From Dicyema japonicum (Eukaryota > Animalia > Dicyemida), in the NCBI GenBank assembly GCA_011109175.1, contig RDEW01000001.1:1801453-1865452 (forward strand): DNA of 64,000 nucleotides, written 5' to 3'. Below, one piece after another: positions 25,742-36,735 of this stretch; within the stretch, counting starts at the first letter, position 1; each line of letters starts with the position of its first letter. Under the pieces are notes generated by a model. The model worked only from the letters and a program-made list of their open reading frames with translations. It had not been told where the DNA came from and made no database searches. Both the position numbers and the translations under genes were made by a program.

Positions 25742-26627
25742 ATGGAGACCACTAAAATTGTAGAATTTCTGAAAATCCCACGTTTGCACAAAATCTTGTA
25801 CTAGTTCCTCTAATTTGAAGTCCCTTTTTAAGCAAACCACTTTACGAAAGCATAACCGACCTAAGGTCGTATTCAGAAGACGAAAACCCCAATACGAGAA
25901 TAAGCTTCAACGAAAACGTCCAGATCTTGTTTTACGACAAACGTAAAAGCTTGAAGAGACCCAGAAGAAATAAAAAGACTTCTACAACAGAGAAAAGATC
26001 CATTCTGAAGATTCCCAAGTACATAGATCCCATCTCCGCGACATTGAGCTCTTCTAAGACCACAATGACCTCACAAGTCCCCCACTTTACGGGAGTCAAA
26101 CTATCCTCGATCAGTTCAACCCCGAGTCTTGACTCAAAATCAATCTTCGATCAGTTCGAACTATCCTCGATCAGTTCAACCCCGAGTCATGACTCAAAAT
26201 CTTCATCAAACCTGATTTTTGTGATAGGTTTTCGTTTATAACCACAAACAGGGTTTCTTGTGCTCCTGCTGTGCTTAGTTATCCCGATTCATCTTCAAAG
26301 AGGTCATAATATATGTGATCTTATGCTCGTGGGTGGTTCTGAGGTGGAAGAACCCGTTTTGCTGAGGTTTAAGGAGAAAAAAAGCAGTGATTGGTTGATC
26401 TACCATGTCCTTGAAGAAAAGGTATGTTGTTAAGTGAGCCTAAGGATTTCGATACGGACTGCTATGTGGGGACTAGTACGGAGGAGTTTGGTAATCTTGG
26501 AGAAGGTCTCTACCTAATGAAGGAAGGAACTGTGTCGTACTTATACAACTATTCTCTGGAGTCCCCCTTTAGAAAGAAAGTGGAGGTGAAGTGCCTATCA
26601 ATGGTATCACAACGTATATTCAGTTAA
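25742..26627 (+). CDS. Orphan single-pass membrane protein, 271 aa, with RVxF- and SILK-like motifs
   Basis: Introns 25798-25820, 26228-26251 and 26422-26444 give an 816-nt open frame. It contains RISFNENVQILF, basic KRKSLKRPRRNKK, RSILK and a hydrophobic segment LIFVIGFLVLLLCLVIPI. Confidence 0.65.
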
Positions 26628-26699
26628 TTTATGATTTTTTATGCTTTCAATGCAAATTTTACGGTCTTTGGTGTTACATTAATATTCGATGTCTTCCCA

Positions 26700-27670
26700 G
26701 GTGGTCCTCACATGATCCCAATTGACTTTCAGTCACGTGTCGAATAAGTCTAATCATTTGGTTCGATTCCACGTTATGGTACTCATGTCTTTCAGTAAAG
26801 TAATCATCACTGAGTTCCTTCTTGTAGTCTCGATATGGCTAAGGAGACTGTCGAGAAGGTCCTTTCAATTTATTTTCAGTTTTTTAGTGAAAGATTTTGA
26901 ACGGTGGATTAATCCGAAGTATTGGAAGATCTCTGGGAGTGACTAGACTTGTACCAAATCGAAGGAATTCACCCTCCTCTTATAGGAGTTGTTTGCTGAC
27001 TAGTTTCATCTCTTCTCATAAACTTCACAAGTTCTACGAGCTCACTAGAAGCAGAGACGAACTCTTCATCACTTTAATCCCATGTTTGTCGACCACTTTT
27101 CGAGAGTTTCTTCAATATGATTATTAACCCCCCGGATAGAGAAGTTAGTAGACAATTACCGATTGAATGTAACTCCCCGTTGATATTAACTGTCATCCAA
27201 TACTTTCAACTTCTGACAGATGATCACCAAGTCTTTCAATTTTAGATTGGACGAGATCCTACCCGAGTCCTATGCGGACCCGACATTTTTTTTGTTCAGA
27301 ATTTCTAGTTTCCAATGTCTCCCATGTCCATCACCTCCTTCATGCTTACAATAAAGAAGCCAAGGCTTTTTGTCCAGCATGGAGCTAAGTGGACGTTTTG
27401 TGCAATAGAGGACATCAATTCGATGGCCATCATTATGGACTTTCCAACGTTCGACCTTACACCAGGCCGATAGGATGACCATCATCAGAATTTCGGGTTT
27501 CTAATGTCTCCTGAGTTTGTCATCTGCTCACAAGAGAAGGAAGACAAGGGATTTCATTCACCATGAAGCTAAATAGACATCCTGTACAAGTTACCCCTCA
27601 ACTTTCACTCAACCACTTGGCTAACTGATCTATTCAGGCGACGGTTGGTCTTGGAGTTAAATAAATAAAT
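26700..27670 (+). mobile_element. Highly degenerate LINE remnant
   Basis: The 3' ~150 bp (27520-27670) is similar to 32345-32490 and ends in (TAAA)n. Protein similarity is faint. Confidence 0.4.
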
Positions 27671-29516
27671 AATTAAAATCAAGAGTACTTAACAGGACTG
27701 CTGTCTCAATAGCGATAAATTGGCGAGAATGATTTTTTAAACAATTTATTTGTGATTAAGGTCATATCGCTTTATTCTTTATAGGCGACTTTGATGTGAA
27801 TTAAATGATTTATGCCACGGTAATTATCAAGTTATCACCAATAAATCAATATGTGAATAAGACAATTTACGCGGTCCTCGAAAGGGGTCAATCGATTTTT
27901 ATAAGTAGAAGAATAAAGACTGGCATTTCCAAAGCGGATCAGGTTGTCCAGAGAATGGTTGATTTATCCAGAACCTCCTGCAGAACACGAGGTAATATTA
28001 GTTTATGAGAAATTGCCTTATTCCCCTCAAAAATTATCATCTCCAAGTTAACGAACAGGTAGGAACATTTTTGTGACTCTAACTTTAATAATTTTCATAT
28101 ATCCCTGAGGCACTTGTGAGGTGAACGAATCTCGTCCATGTTCTCAGTTAGGTCTCTTTGATATTACGAGTTCTGTACATTGGTTCTCATCATAAAACCA
28201 TTTATCCTCGACTATAGAAGTTTATCTTCTTCCTCAGATAGCTCGTCTTTTACCTTTTTCCTAATGGAAATTTAATGGCCGCTCTCCTTGTTTTTTTTCA
28301 GTAGAAATATAATTCTATGGTGGGAGATTAAAGTCAGGCTTCTAATGATTCCCCAACTGCGAATCTTACAGACCAGATGTGAAGGCTTAAATATATGGGT
28401 CTAGATTCCTATGGGTGGCTAGATTCCTATGGGCAGCTTGTTAAGTGAGGTCTCCCTTTCCTATCTTCTCCTGTGGACGGACGAAATGATGGATACAGGA
28501 GACATCGGATATACGAGAGACATCGACTAAGTAGGCGTTGGATAATTCATGGTCTGGGTTCCAGTCTCGTCTGGTACTAATTTTGGGGGAACTTGGAAAA
28601 GTCTGTCTTGAGGATAAATAAGGAATTTTTTAATTAAAAAAAAAACTTTATTAACAAATAAAGTAAGAGGGTATTATTTTAAAGTGATCTTATGCATGAT
28701 GGGCTTTAAGGATGATATTACAAGAGGGTTTTATCTTGCTTTTGAAAAAATCGAGGAGAGCAAGAATCAAGATTGCCTCCACAAACGGCTCGACGAGACT
28801 TCAGATGAGAATGAAGATTTGCTATTAGTGTCGATCAGAGAAGTAACAGAGAAAAGTGTGGCTATCTTCTTGAAAATAGATTCTATCCTTGACTCGTATG
28901 TCGCAGCACTGGATAAACCACAAGAGGGGTCTGAGTCGCTGAAGGAGACTCCATCTATGACAGGACTTGTGTTAAGAAATTTTAAAATAATAATGAATAA
29001 GGAAACTATTAGTTAGATTACCTATCCCCTTAATGATAAACCAGAATATCAATTTGACTAAAGAAGCCTTAATTCGAATAATTTAATTCTATAATTAAAA
29101 GCTACAATTAAAAACAACAAAGATAAAGTCTGCCAATTTCAAAATAATCCTCAAAGGGGCAATAAAGTAGGATATTTGAAAGTCGCCTGAATTGGTAGTG
29201 TTCTTCCTAATGGTCGACCTGAGTTGATAATCTATTTTTCCACCAAAAAGTCTAAATAGTGACCTCATCTGAAAAGGTCAAAAGATAACTTCCTGCAGTG
29301 GAAGAAATAAATCTTAATCTGACAGGTCAGTTTAAAGTCACATAATTGCCTAATTTTATACAGTCTGGTGGTCCCAAATGAGACAATACTGCCCCCGTCT
29401 TTGAAGACACCGATATGAATGGGAAGTCAAATTTTTGTATTGATTGGCTTGTATTAATTACATTTATTCTCTTTGATGTGAGATATCGTTTTTTTCTGAA
29501 TAAATTCAAAATAATA

Positions 29517-30165
29517 TTATTTATCATTTTTGGTCAACATGTTTCTAAAATGCTGAGAGTAGTCGCCCTCCGGCCCGGTTAGACGGGGGATGTTGTTGTC
29601 CTTTTTCCACTTCATTCTTCGGTTCTGGAACCAAATCTTCACCTGTCTTTCGCTTAACTCCAACACGTCGGATATTTCCATTCGACGTTTTTTGCTGAGG
29701 TATTTGTTGTAGTGGAACTCCTTCTCCAATTCCAGGGTTTGGTTCCTCGTGTACGTCTGTCTTGTTCGTTTGTGATCAAATTGGGAAAAGTTCGCTAAAA
29801 TAATCAGGCATATTACAGTTATTGCAAATATTTTTAATCCAGGGTATCACCGAGTTCTTTGAATTTTGGGCCGGTTCGACCACTTTATACTTGTGGTATG
29901 AGCCTTCCCCATAATATCCGTAAAATCTGTTTTCGCTGTTTTCCTCAATTGCCTCGGAGTTGGGGTACGTCTGACTGTAAATGTGAGGTGTGTTGAAGTA
30001 GTATCCATTTTGTTCAGCTATGTAGGGGATCTGGTAGGGCTCGACTGCGCTGTTGCACTCTATGGCTGTCCCCATTGGGTAGTCGAATGAGTGGCTTTCG
30101 GGATGTGGTTTGCTTGGGGGATAATGTTTTCTGTTTTCATGAATAAACCATCTCTCTGCGTACAT
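29517..30165 (-). CDS. Lox5: Central-class Hox gene of the Lox5 group (DoxC-like), 208 aa, one 22-nt intron (29795-29816)
   Basis: Hexapeptide-like VIPWIK. Homeodomain [34 protein letters not shown]...[15 protein letters not shown] is followed by [10 protein letters not shown], the spiralian Lox5 parapeptide (canonical KLTGP). Confidence 0.93.
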
Positions 30166-31174
30166 TTAAATTTTGTTACGACAAGACTCGTTTTATTTGT
30201 CCGAAATACGCCAGCAAAGTCAGTTACGTCCGACACAATCTAAAAAAACTCACATCACGATTCTTGGAAGTAATTCGAGGACGTTTGTAATTTCTAAATG
30301 GGGACCGACGACTCGTGGGTCCATAAAAGTGCTAAGAACCATTAATCATTTTTTCCAATAAAACGCGTCTTATCTCTTGTTTGGCTAACGAATTTTTATT
30401 GCCATTTTATTGTTTCGGCATTCCCATTGAAATTTATCATTATTCTAACGATTTTGTAGACAAACTGATTTTTTGGGTATTGTTTTTTCTGTTAATGGCC
30501 GGCACATTTATCTCATATTATTCATCCACATTCACACAATCAATGCTGTCTATGAAGGAATCCACTAACTTCCTAGTAAACATAACGATTCCTCATCGAG
30601 GGAGATGCTTCTTTACTAGTCCTTTATTTCAGGACGTTTTGATTCCAATCCACCAAAGTTTGATTCCTCGAATTACTCAGTCCTTGTGGAGGAAGCACAC
30701 GTGGGTAACCCCGAATGATGAGATTCATTTATTTGCTTGTCCTTTGATTCGTTTTGGTCCCTAGGGATCGTCCTAATAAGCAACCTTCAAGAGAGCTTTA
30801 GCAGAAAACTCGAAGTCTAAGGTTCAGAGAATTCCCATGGTCATTCTTCCAAACATGAGAAACCGTACATTATTAGGCTTATTTCATCTGTCTAGGTCAT
30901 TCGCTTAAAATCAAAAAAATGTATATCGTCTTCATTGATTCTCACATGATATTTTCCTATTTGTCGTTTTTTCCTTTGGAAGAACAGTTGGACAAAACTT
31001 GAGGAAGAACAAACACAGGATTTCAGATTGATGGTACTTCAAGATCTGGTTTTTGTGGATCGTTTTTGAACACTAAATTTTTATTTTTAACAATTAGGTC
31101 AAATAGCCACAATTTTAAAACTATTGCAGTTTCTCTGATAATATTGCAGTAAAAAGTTAAAACAGCACTTAATC

Positions 31175-31335
31175 TAGGGAGCTTGAATGGCCAGGTTGTT
31201 TCCTCCGACAATAGCTATCGAGATACGCTCTTGAAGCTACCCAGTCTCACGTAAATCCTTGGTGGCCCTTTGGATAATCAAGTCGATCTGGTGGACTAGA
31301 TCGTCCGCTTGTGTGCCAAGGATATTGAAGTGAGA
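31175..31335 (-). mobile_element. CRE-like retrotransposon 3' fragment
   Basis: ILGTQADDLVHQI..LQERISIAIVGGN; DNA-similar to 2700-2825. Confidence 0.7.
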
Positions 31336-31705
31336 TATTTTGAAATAAATTGGGGAAAGTAAACTTTAGGTAAATTTGTGAATAAAGAGTGGTGGTGGCT
31401 GATGGTCATTGAGTCTGACTACTTAATATTGTATTTTTCATAACAGAAACACGAATAATCGATGCATGTTGTATGGTTACGTTGTTATGACAACCATGGG
31501 AAAAGGCAGTTTGTAAAAATGGACAAAAATCAGCAAAGAGATGATAAGAAATAACAACGTTCATTTTAAGAATCATGGGAATTAATAATCGTACTAATAA
31601 TCCTGTTCCCTCAAGGAAGACTTCCTCCAAATTTTGTGGAAGACGAGATTCAAAACCAGACCATAGTATACCGGCACGAAGGTATATCAGATGTTTCCTT
31701 CGTCC

Positions 31706-31781
31706 ATGATTACGTCCACCACGAAATGAGAAAATAAAGAAGGACACATACACCTTAAAGATTCGTGGTGGATGTAATCAT
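31706..31781 (+). ncRNA. Candidate hairpin RNA (20-bp stem, 36-nt loop)
   Basis: ATGATTACGTCCACCACGAA (31706-31725) pairs with TTCGTGGTGGATGTAATCAT (31762-31781) with one G-U pair. No expression evidence. Confidence 0.3.
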
Positions 31782-33120
31782 ATTCCTGCAATAAAGTACG
31801 TCACATTTGAAATTAAGAAAATCAAGAAAATGAGCAGTAGGAACCTCACCATTAACCCTATGAGTACTCCGAGAAAGAAATTAATACCAACGAACCTTGT
31901 TAGAGTTATTTTACAGTAAAGTTCAACCACGTGCAGGACCTTGCCTAGAGGGGGGTCATAGAGATAGCAGATCCAAGCCATAGAGTTCACTTTATTAAGA
32001 TGTACTCACTTTTTTCACGATGTTTTCTCATCATAGACAAGATCGACTGCTAGCGATCACCGTGTTCTATTTACAGCGATGAAGACTTCAAGTGCACGGG
32101 TTTTAATCGATGGCAGGTGCATTTCAATGTGAATTCGATGTCAAATCAGTCAAGTTTGTTAGCATTGTAAAGAAATTCCTGACAAGACAGGTGAAAGAAG
32201 CTGTGGTACAGACTTTGGTTGACACCAAAAGAGCGATTGGACATTGAAGTGTGACTTTTTTCATTCTCATGTATGACAACATAATTTATTGTCACGATCA
32301 AGTTAATTATAAGGGGGTTCCAATCTCCCCTGAGTGGTCACCTCAGCCATGCTCACAAGAAGAAGAAGACAAGGACTTTCATCCATGATGAAACTAAGTA
32401 GACATTCCGTGCAATAGAAATACGTATCCATCTCAACCTTCCAAAAAATAACCACTTGACTAACTGGTCCACGTGGTCTGTTATAAAGTGAAATAAGTCA
32501 AATCCTAGTCTTATGTAGTAATGTGTCCTCAATTATTCTATTACGTCATCCTTCCTTGATAAACTAATCAATAAGATAATCTCGAAGATGAGTTGAGAAT
32601 TGAGAGAAATCACACTTTATAAGACACGTGGAGTCAGAGTCAATATAGACAAAATTTATCTAAGACAATCCCAACAAAGGGTATCAATAAAAAAGGGGCT
32701 CCTAAGGAACCAACATTTAATACCATTTTGGTTATATAAGCAATAATTTGCCACATGACGAGTCTGGTGATCCTATTTACCTGTCGTTTCCACTCTCCTC
32801 TGACCCATACTCCGCAGAGTACCGAGGACATCGACGTCATTCAGTGTTCTTTTCACGAGTGTGAGACTCCCATTGAGAACTAATGAAAGTGCTATATGTA
32901 AACGTCCAAGAAATCCGTCCTATTTTCTGGTGTGTCTGGGTACAGTCCTAATATGTAAGCAAAACAGATTTCACGTGTAAGAAAGAACATAAACAAATTA
33001 AAAATGAGAATTAATAAAAAGTATTAATAAATTAAATAAATAAAATAAAAAAATAAATTCTAAAATAGGATAAATCAAATAATTGTCATTGTTGGTTTGT
33101 TGCATACTAATAACCTCGCT

Positions 33121-33958
33121 ATGTCGGAGGAGACTGATAAAATGACTAGAATCCGTTTGCAGATGGAGTATTACTTTTCTGAGTACATTTCTGACTTATC
33201 CCAGTGGTAATCTTGCAAGGGATCGTTATATGTCCTCCATTACCAACTCCGCTGGCTACGTGGAGATCAGCAACATCCTGCATTTCTACAAGATGGTCAA
33301 ACTTAACGCCAAGTTCGATGACGTCGTTCAAGCTGTCAAAGGTCCCTTAGTTCTCTTACCCTCAGAATCCTCCTTTATAGAGCTCGACGGCTCGGAAACT
33401 AGGGTCCGGGCTAAGGAACTCTGTTTCGTGGTTCAACTCAGGATCGCCGAGGACATTAAAGACGAATATGTGACTATTCTTGTAATTCTAGACCCTTTGG
33501 GACCGAATCCTTGCTCCTTCTGGAATAAGTAAAGATATGATTAAGGCATGTAAGCTGTCTGATGACACGTGGGAGCTTTTCATTAACGATTGGAGGACCT
33601 CGATTGGTTGTGTGGCCCTATTGAAGGATTACGGAGTTCCCCGTTGTTTTAATTCAGGCGAAAATGCGGAATATGATGACCCCATTGTGGAAGCTGAGTG
33701 GAAAAACGGAGAGTGAAGCGACAGACACTGAATCTACACACAGTGTTCAACCTCCTCCTCCACAGCCAGTTCCAGCCCATGTGCAGTTTTATTGCCACCC
33801 AATGTAGATTTTTTTGTGATTTGAGGTATTTCCCGGCTTTTCAGCTGGTGAGACATGTAGGGAGGCCTTTATACCCCCGAATGTTTCAGGACATGAGGGC
33901 GGTTCCGCGGCTTATGGAGTACCCGAATTTAAGATATCCGCCTCAGCAGGAAGCGTGA
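33121..33958 (+). CDS. La-motif RNA-binding protein (LARP-like) with a proline-rich C-terminus
   Basis: IRLQMEYYFSDGNLARDRYM..GYVEISNILHFYKM La motif. Introns 33183-33204, 33342-33365 and 33470-33491 are well supported. The last two introns and the end at 33958 are less certain (alternative stop at 33716). Confidence 0.8.
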
Positions 33959-35477
33959 GTGGCTGATGTAATTTATAGTGATCCTGTGTATGGACCAGCT
34001 TCAATGGCTGAGCATATAGAGCATAGTAGGTGCGAGAGACGGGGAAACAGACGTAGATCACAGGGGGTTTTCGTAAGGCCCATTTATGAACATCTATGAA
34101 AATGCACATTTTGTTTTCAATATAAATGATTTCATTTTTTGGGGGTTGTGTATGCAGTGTGATTGTTGGGAGAGAGGGGTTTGTCTGTGTATGGCACTGT
34201 GGTGTATGACATTTTGAAGCGATTATATATTGTGGTTGTGGTGGATACTGTATATATCATGGCTTTGCGACGATGGTCCAGTAAGAATGAGGTAATCTGT
34301 GAGAGGTTTTAGTCAGAGAAAAGGTATTCAATATATGTATTGTTGCTATTGGAGAGGTCACCGTGTTGTCGGGCACTCTGGTAGTTGATACGGAGAATAA
34401 GACACTTTGTAGTTGATTAAGGTAGCTAGTGTCAAGGTAGGATACGTTGTACTGTATTTGGGTAAATAAACTACCTTCTTTTAAACTATGAATATGTATA
34501 CAGACAACTATGTCATTGTATTTTTAAAAGTAAAACACTTCTGAGTTTAAATGGGTAATTTCACGTGGTTCTAAATTGGATTGTGTACAATGAAATTTTG
34601 ATTAATTTTTCAAATTAATTTGGTTTTCTGTGGAATTTTTACACGTGTTTGCTTTGTGATTTTGTTTTGTTATCCATTTTATTTGTGGTTTTGGAAGAAT
34701 TTTATCTCGATACGAATATCTGTGGGAATACTTTGATGGCTAATTCTATGTGGTTCGCTTGTTAATATGTGTTTATTAAAATGTCGGGGATTTCTTTGAT
34801 GTGAGCTTAATATTCTTATATTGCGGTTTTTAAGTTAAAATTAAGATAATTTAGTCCGACATGACCGCAAAGGTAGGATAAATAGTTAAATTGGCAGGAC
34901 AAACCCTTCAGCTCTGATATCTGTAGATTTAAACAAACGGACTGAGATCACTCAAACGATTCGAGTTTTGGAACCAGGATCTCTGACAACCTTTGATGCC
35001 TCATCTCAAGAATCTGATAAATTATGCCATCTACTCTAAGAATTATCAATGTAAGCAAGCCTACTTTAGTTGCCAAGGAACTCCACATTGTTCCTATGAA
35101 AGATCATGGTAACCATGGAAACTAGCAACAATATCCAACTTTCAAACAAATCTTAAGCGAAGAGACAAAATTGGAGACAACGATTGCCAGAAAAGGCTAC
35201 ACAGAGTTTCCAATGTGGTCCCTTAAATAATATAGCAAGAATTAGAACTATCTGAATTTTAGGGTGGGTAATATAACAATTTTATTAACAAATACTATTT
35301 TTAAATAACTAAGAAAATTGTTATAATCAGTTTAGTTTATGTAAACTGCGTAATATGATAGAGGATCACAGCTTCAAAGGTACCTGAGTCTAGAATCTCA
35401 TCATGTTGAATACCTGAGGTCCATGAGTCATCTGAGAGTAATCAAAAGTCCTATATCTACAGAATATGTCAAATATA

Positions 35478-36362
35478 CTACTTTTTGATAAATGGGTGTT
35501 CCAACAGTTGAGAAGCTGTCCACCTGTAGTCCACAACAATATTGCAGCAGCTAAATAAGACCAAGGTCAAACTTGGAAATAAAGTCACGGGCTTGATCTG
35601 AGGCTGAATCCGGAGCAGTGACTTCTATCTCTCTCACGTTTTGAACTAATTCATTAACTGAGTACTGAAATAAGCCTGAAATGTACGTCAGTCAACGGAT
35701 TCTTGCCACGTGACAAAGCCTGGCAGCAAATGACCCCAAGGGAGTAAATGTCAATCTAAATTGAGTCAGATACCAGAACCTTCACTGTATAAATGCCTAG
35801 CTTCATCCTCCTTTCGGGAGACATGTAGTAGAAAGTCCCTGCAACTGGATTTTTGGTAATTCCCCCATGAAGGGCCCCAGCTGTTCCGAAGTCGATTATC
35901 CGTGGGGTACCGTCGTTGGCAATACTTATGTTTTCCGGCTTGAGATCTCCGTGAAAGTACATCTTGTGCTACAAATAACCTAGAGATGCTACAATGTGCT
36001 CTAGGGCTGACAGAATGTCTCCAATTTGCCAGGATGTCCATCTCTCCAAGTGATCATCGGAAAAATAAGTCATTTGGGACATAAAAATTTGGTTTAAGCC
36101 TAAGAGTCAATAACACGTGGTACTCAGTGGATAATATTCCATGACAATCCCCTCAGAGATGTCAGTTGTCATCAGTCTAGCAACGTTGGGGTGACAACAG
36201 TGGGCCATAATCCTCACCTCCTTCTCTAGAGAACTAAGAATTGGGAGAAACTGATTACTTAAAGTCGTCACATACCCTGGTTTTGAAGCAGACTATACAG
36301 TGCCACCTGCAGTCGTATGTTTGGATGACCCTAGAGTACGCACCATGATATACTAACGTCAT
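35478..36362 (-). CDS. Ser/Thr protein kinase, 247 aa, 6 introns of 22-25 nt
   Basis: HGDLKPEN, DFG, GTFYYMSPE, DIYSLGV and RWTASQLLEHPF. The spliced frame is 744 nt and continuous. Confidence 0.88.
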
Positions 36363-36735
36363 TAAATTTGCCGGGGGTTTCTGCTAAAAGTTAAAATTTA
36401 CGGCAGGTGCGGCCACTGAGGACGATGGGTTGATGTCGGCAGATGATTAACCTGACTTGTCAACCTGACAAGTTTTTGATTAATCAAATCGATAAAATTT
36501 AGTCCACTTTGAGTGGACTTCTCGTGTCAATTGATATGATTCAAATTGAATTTGCATTGAATTCAAACAATTTTGCACAACTGAAACAGAGTCCCCAAGT
36601 CTCGTGGATTCCACGTGGATTCTCATGAGTCCCACTGTCACCTCACAATTAGGTACATCGACGTTAATATAGGAGCCTAAATTGCTTATTGGAAATATTT
36701 TATTTGAAAGAGTAACAAATCATATTCCAAGAGAG

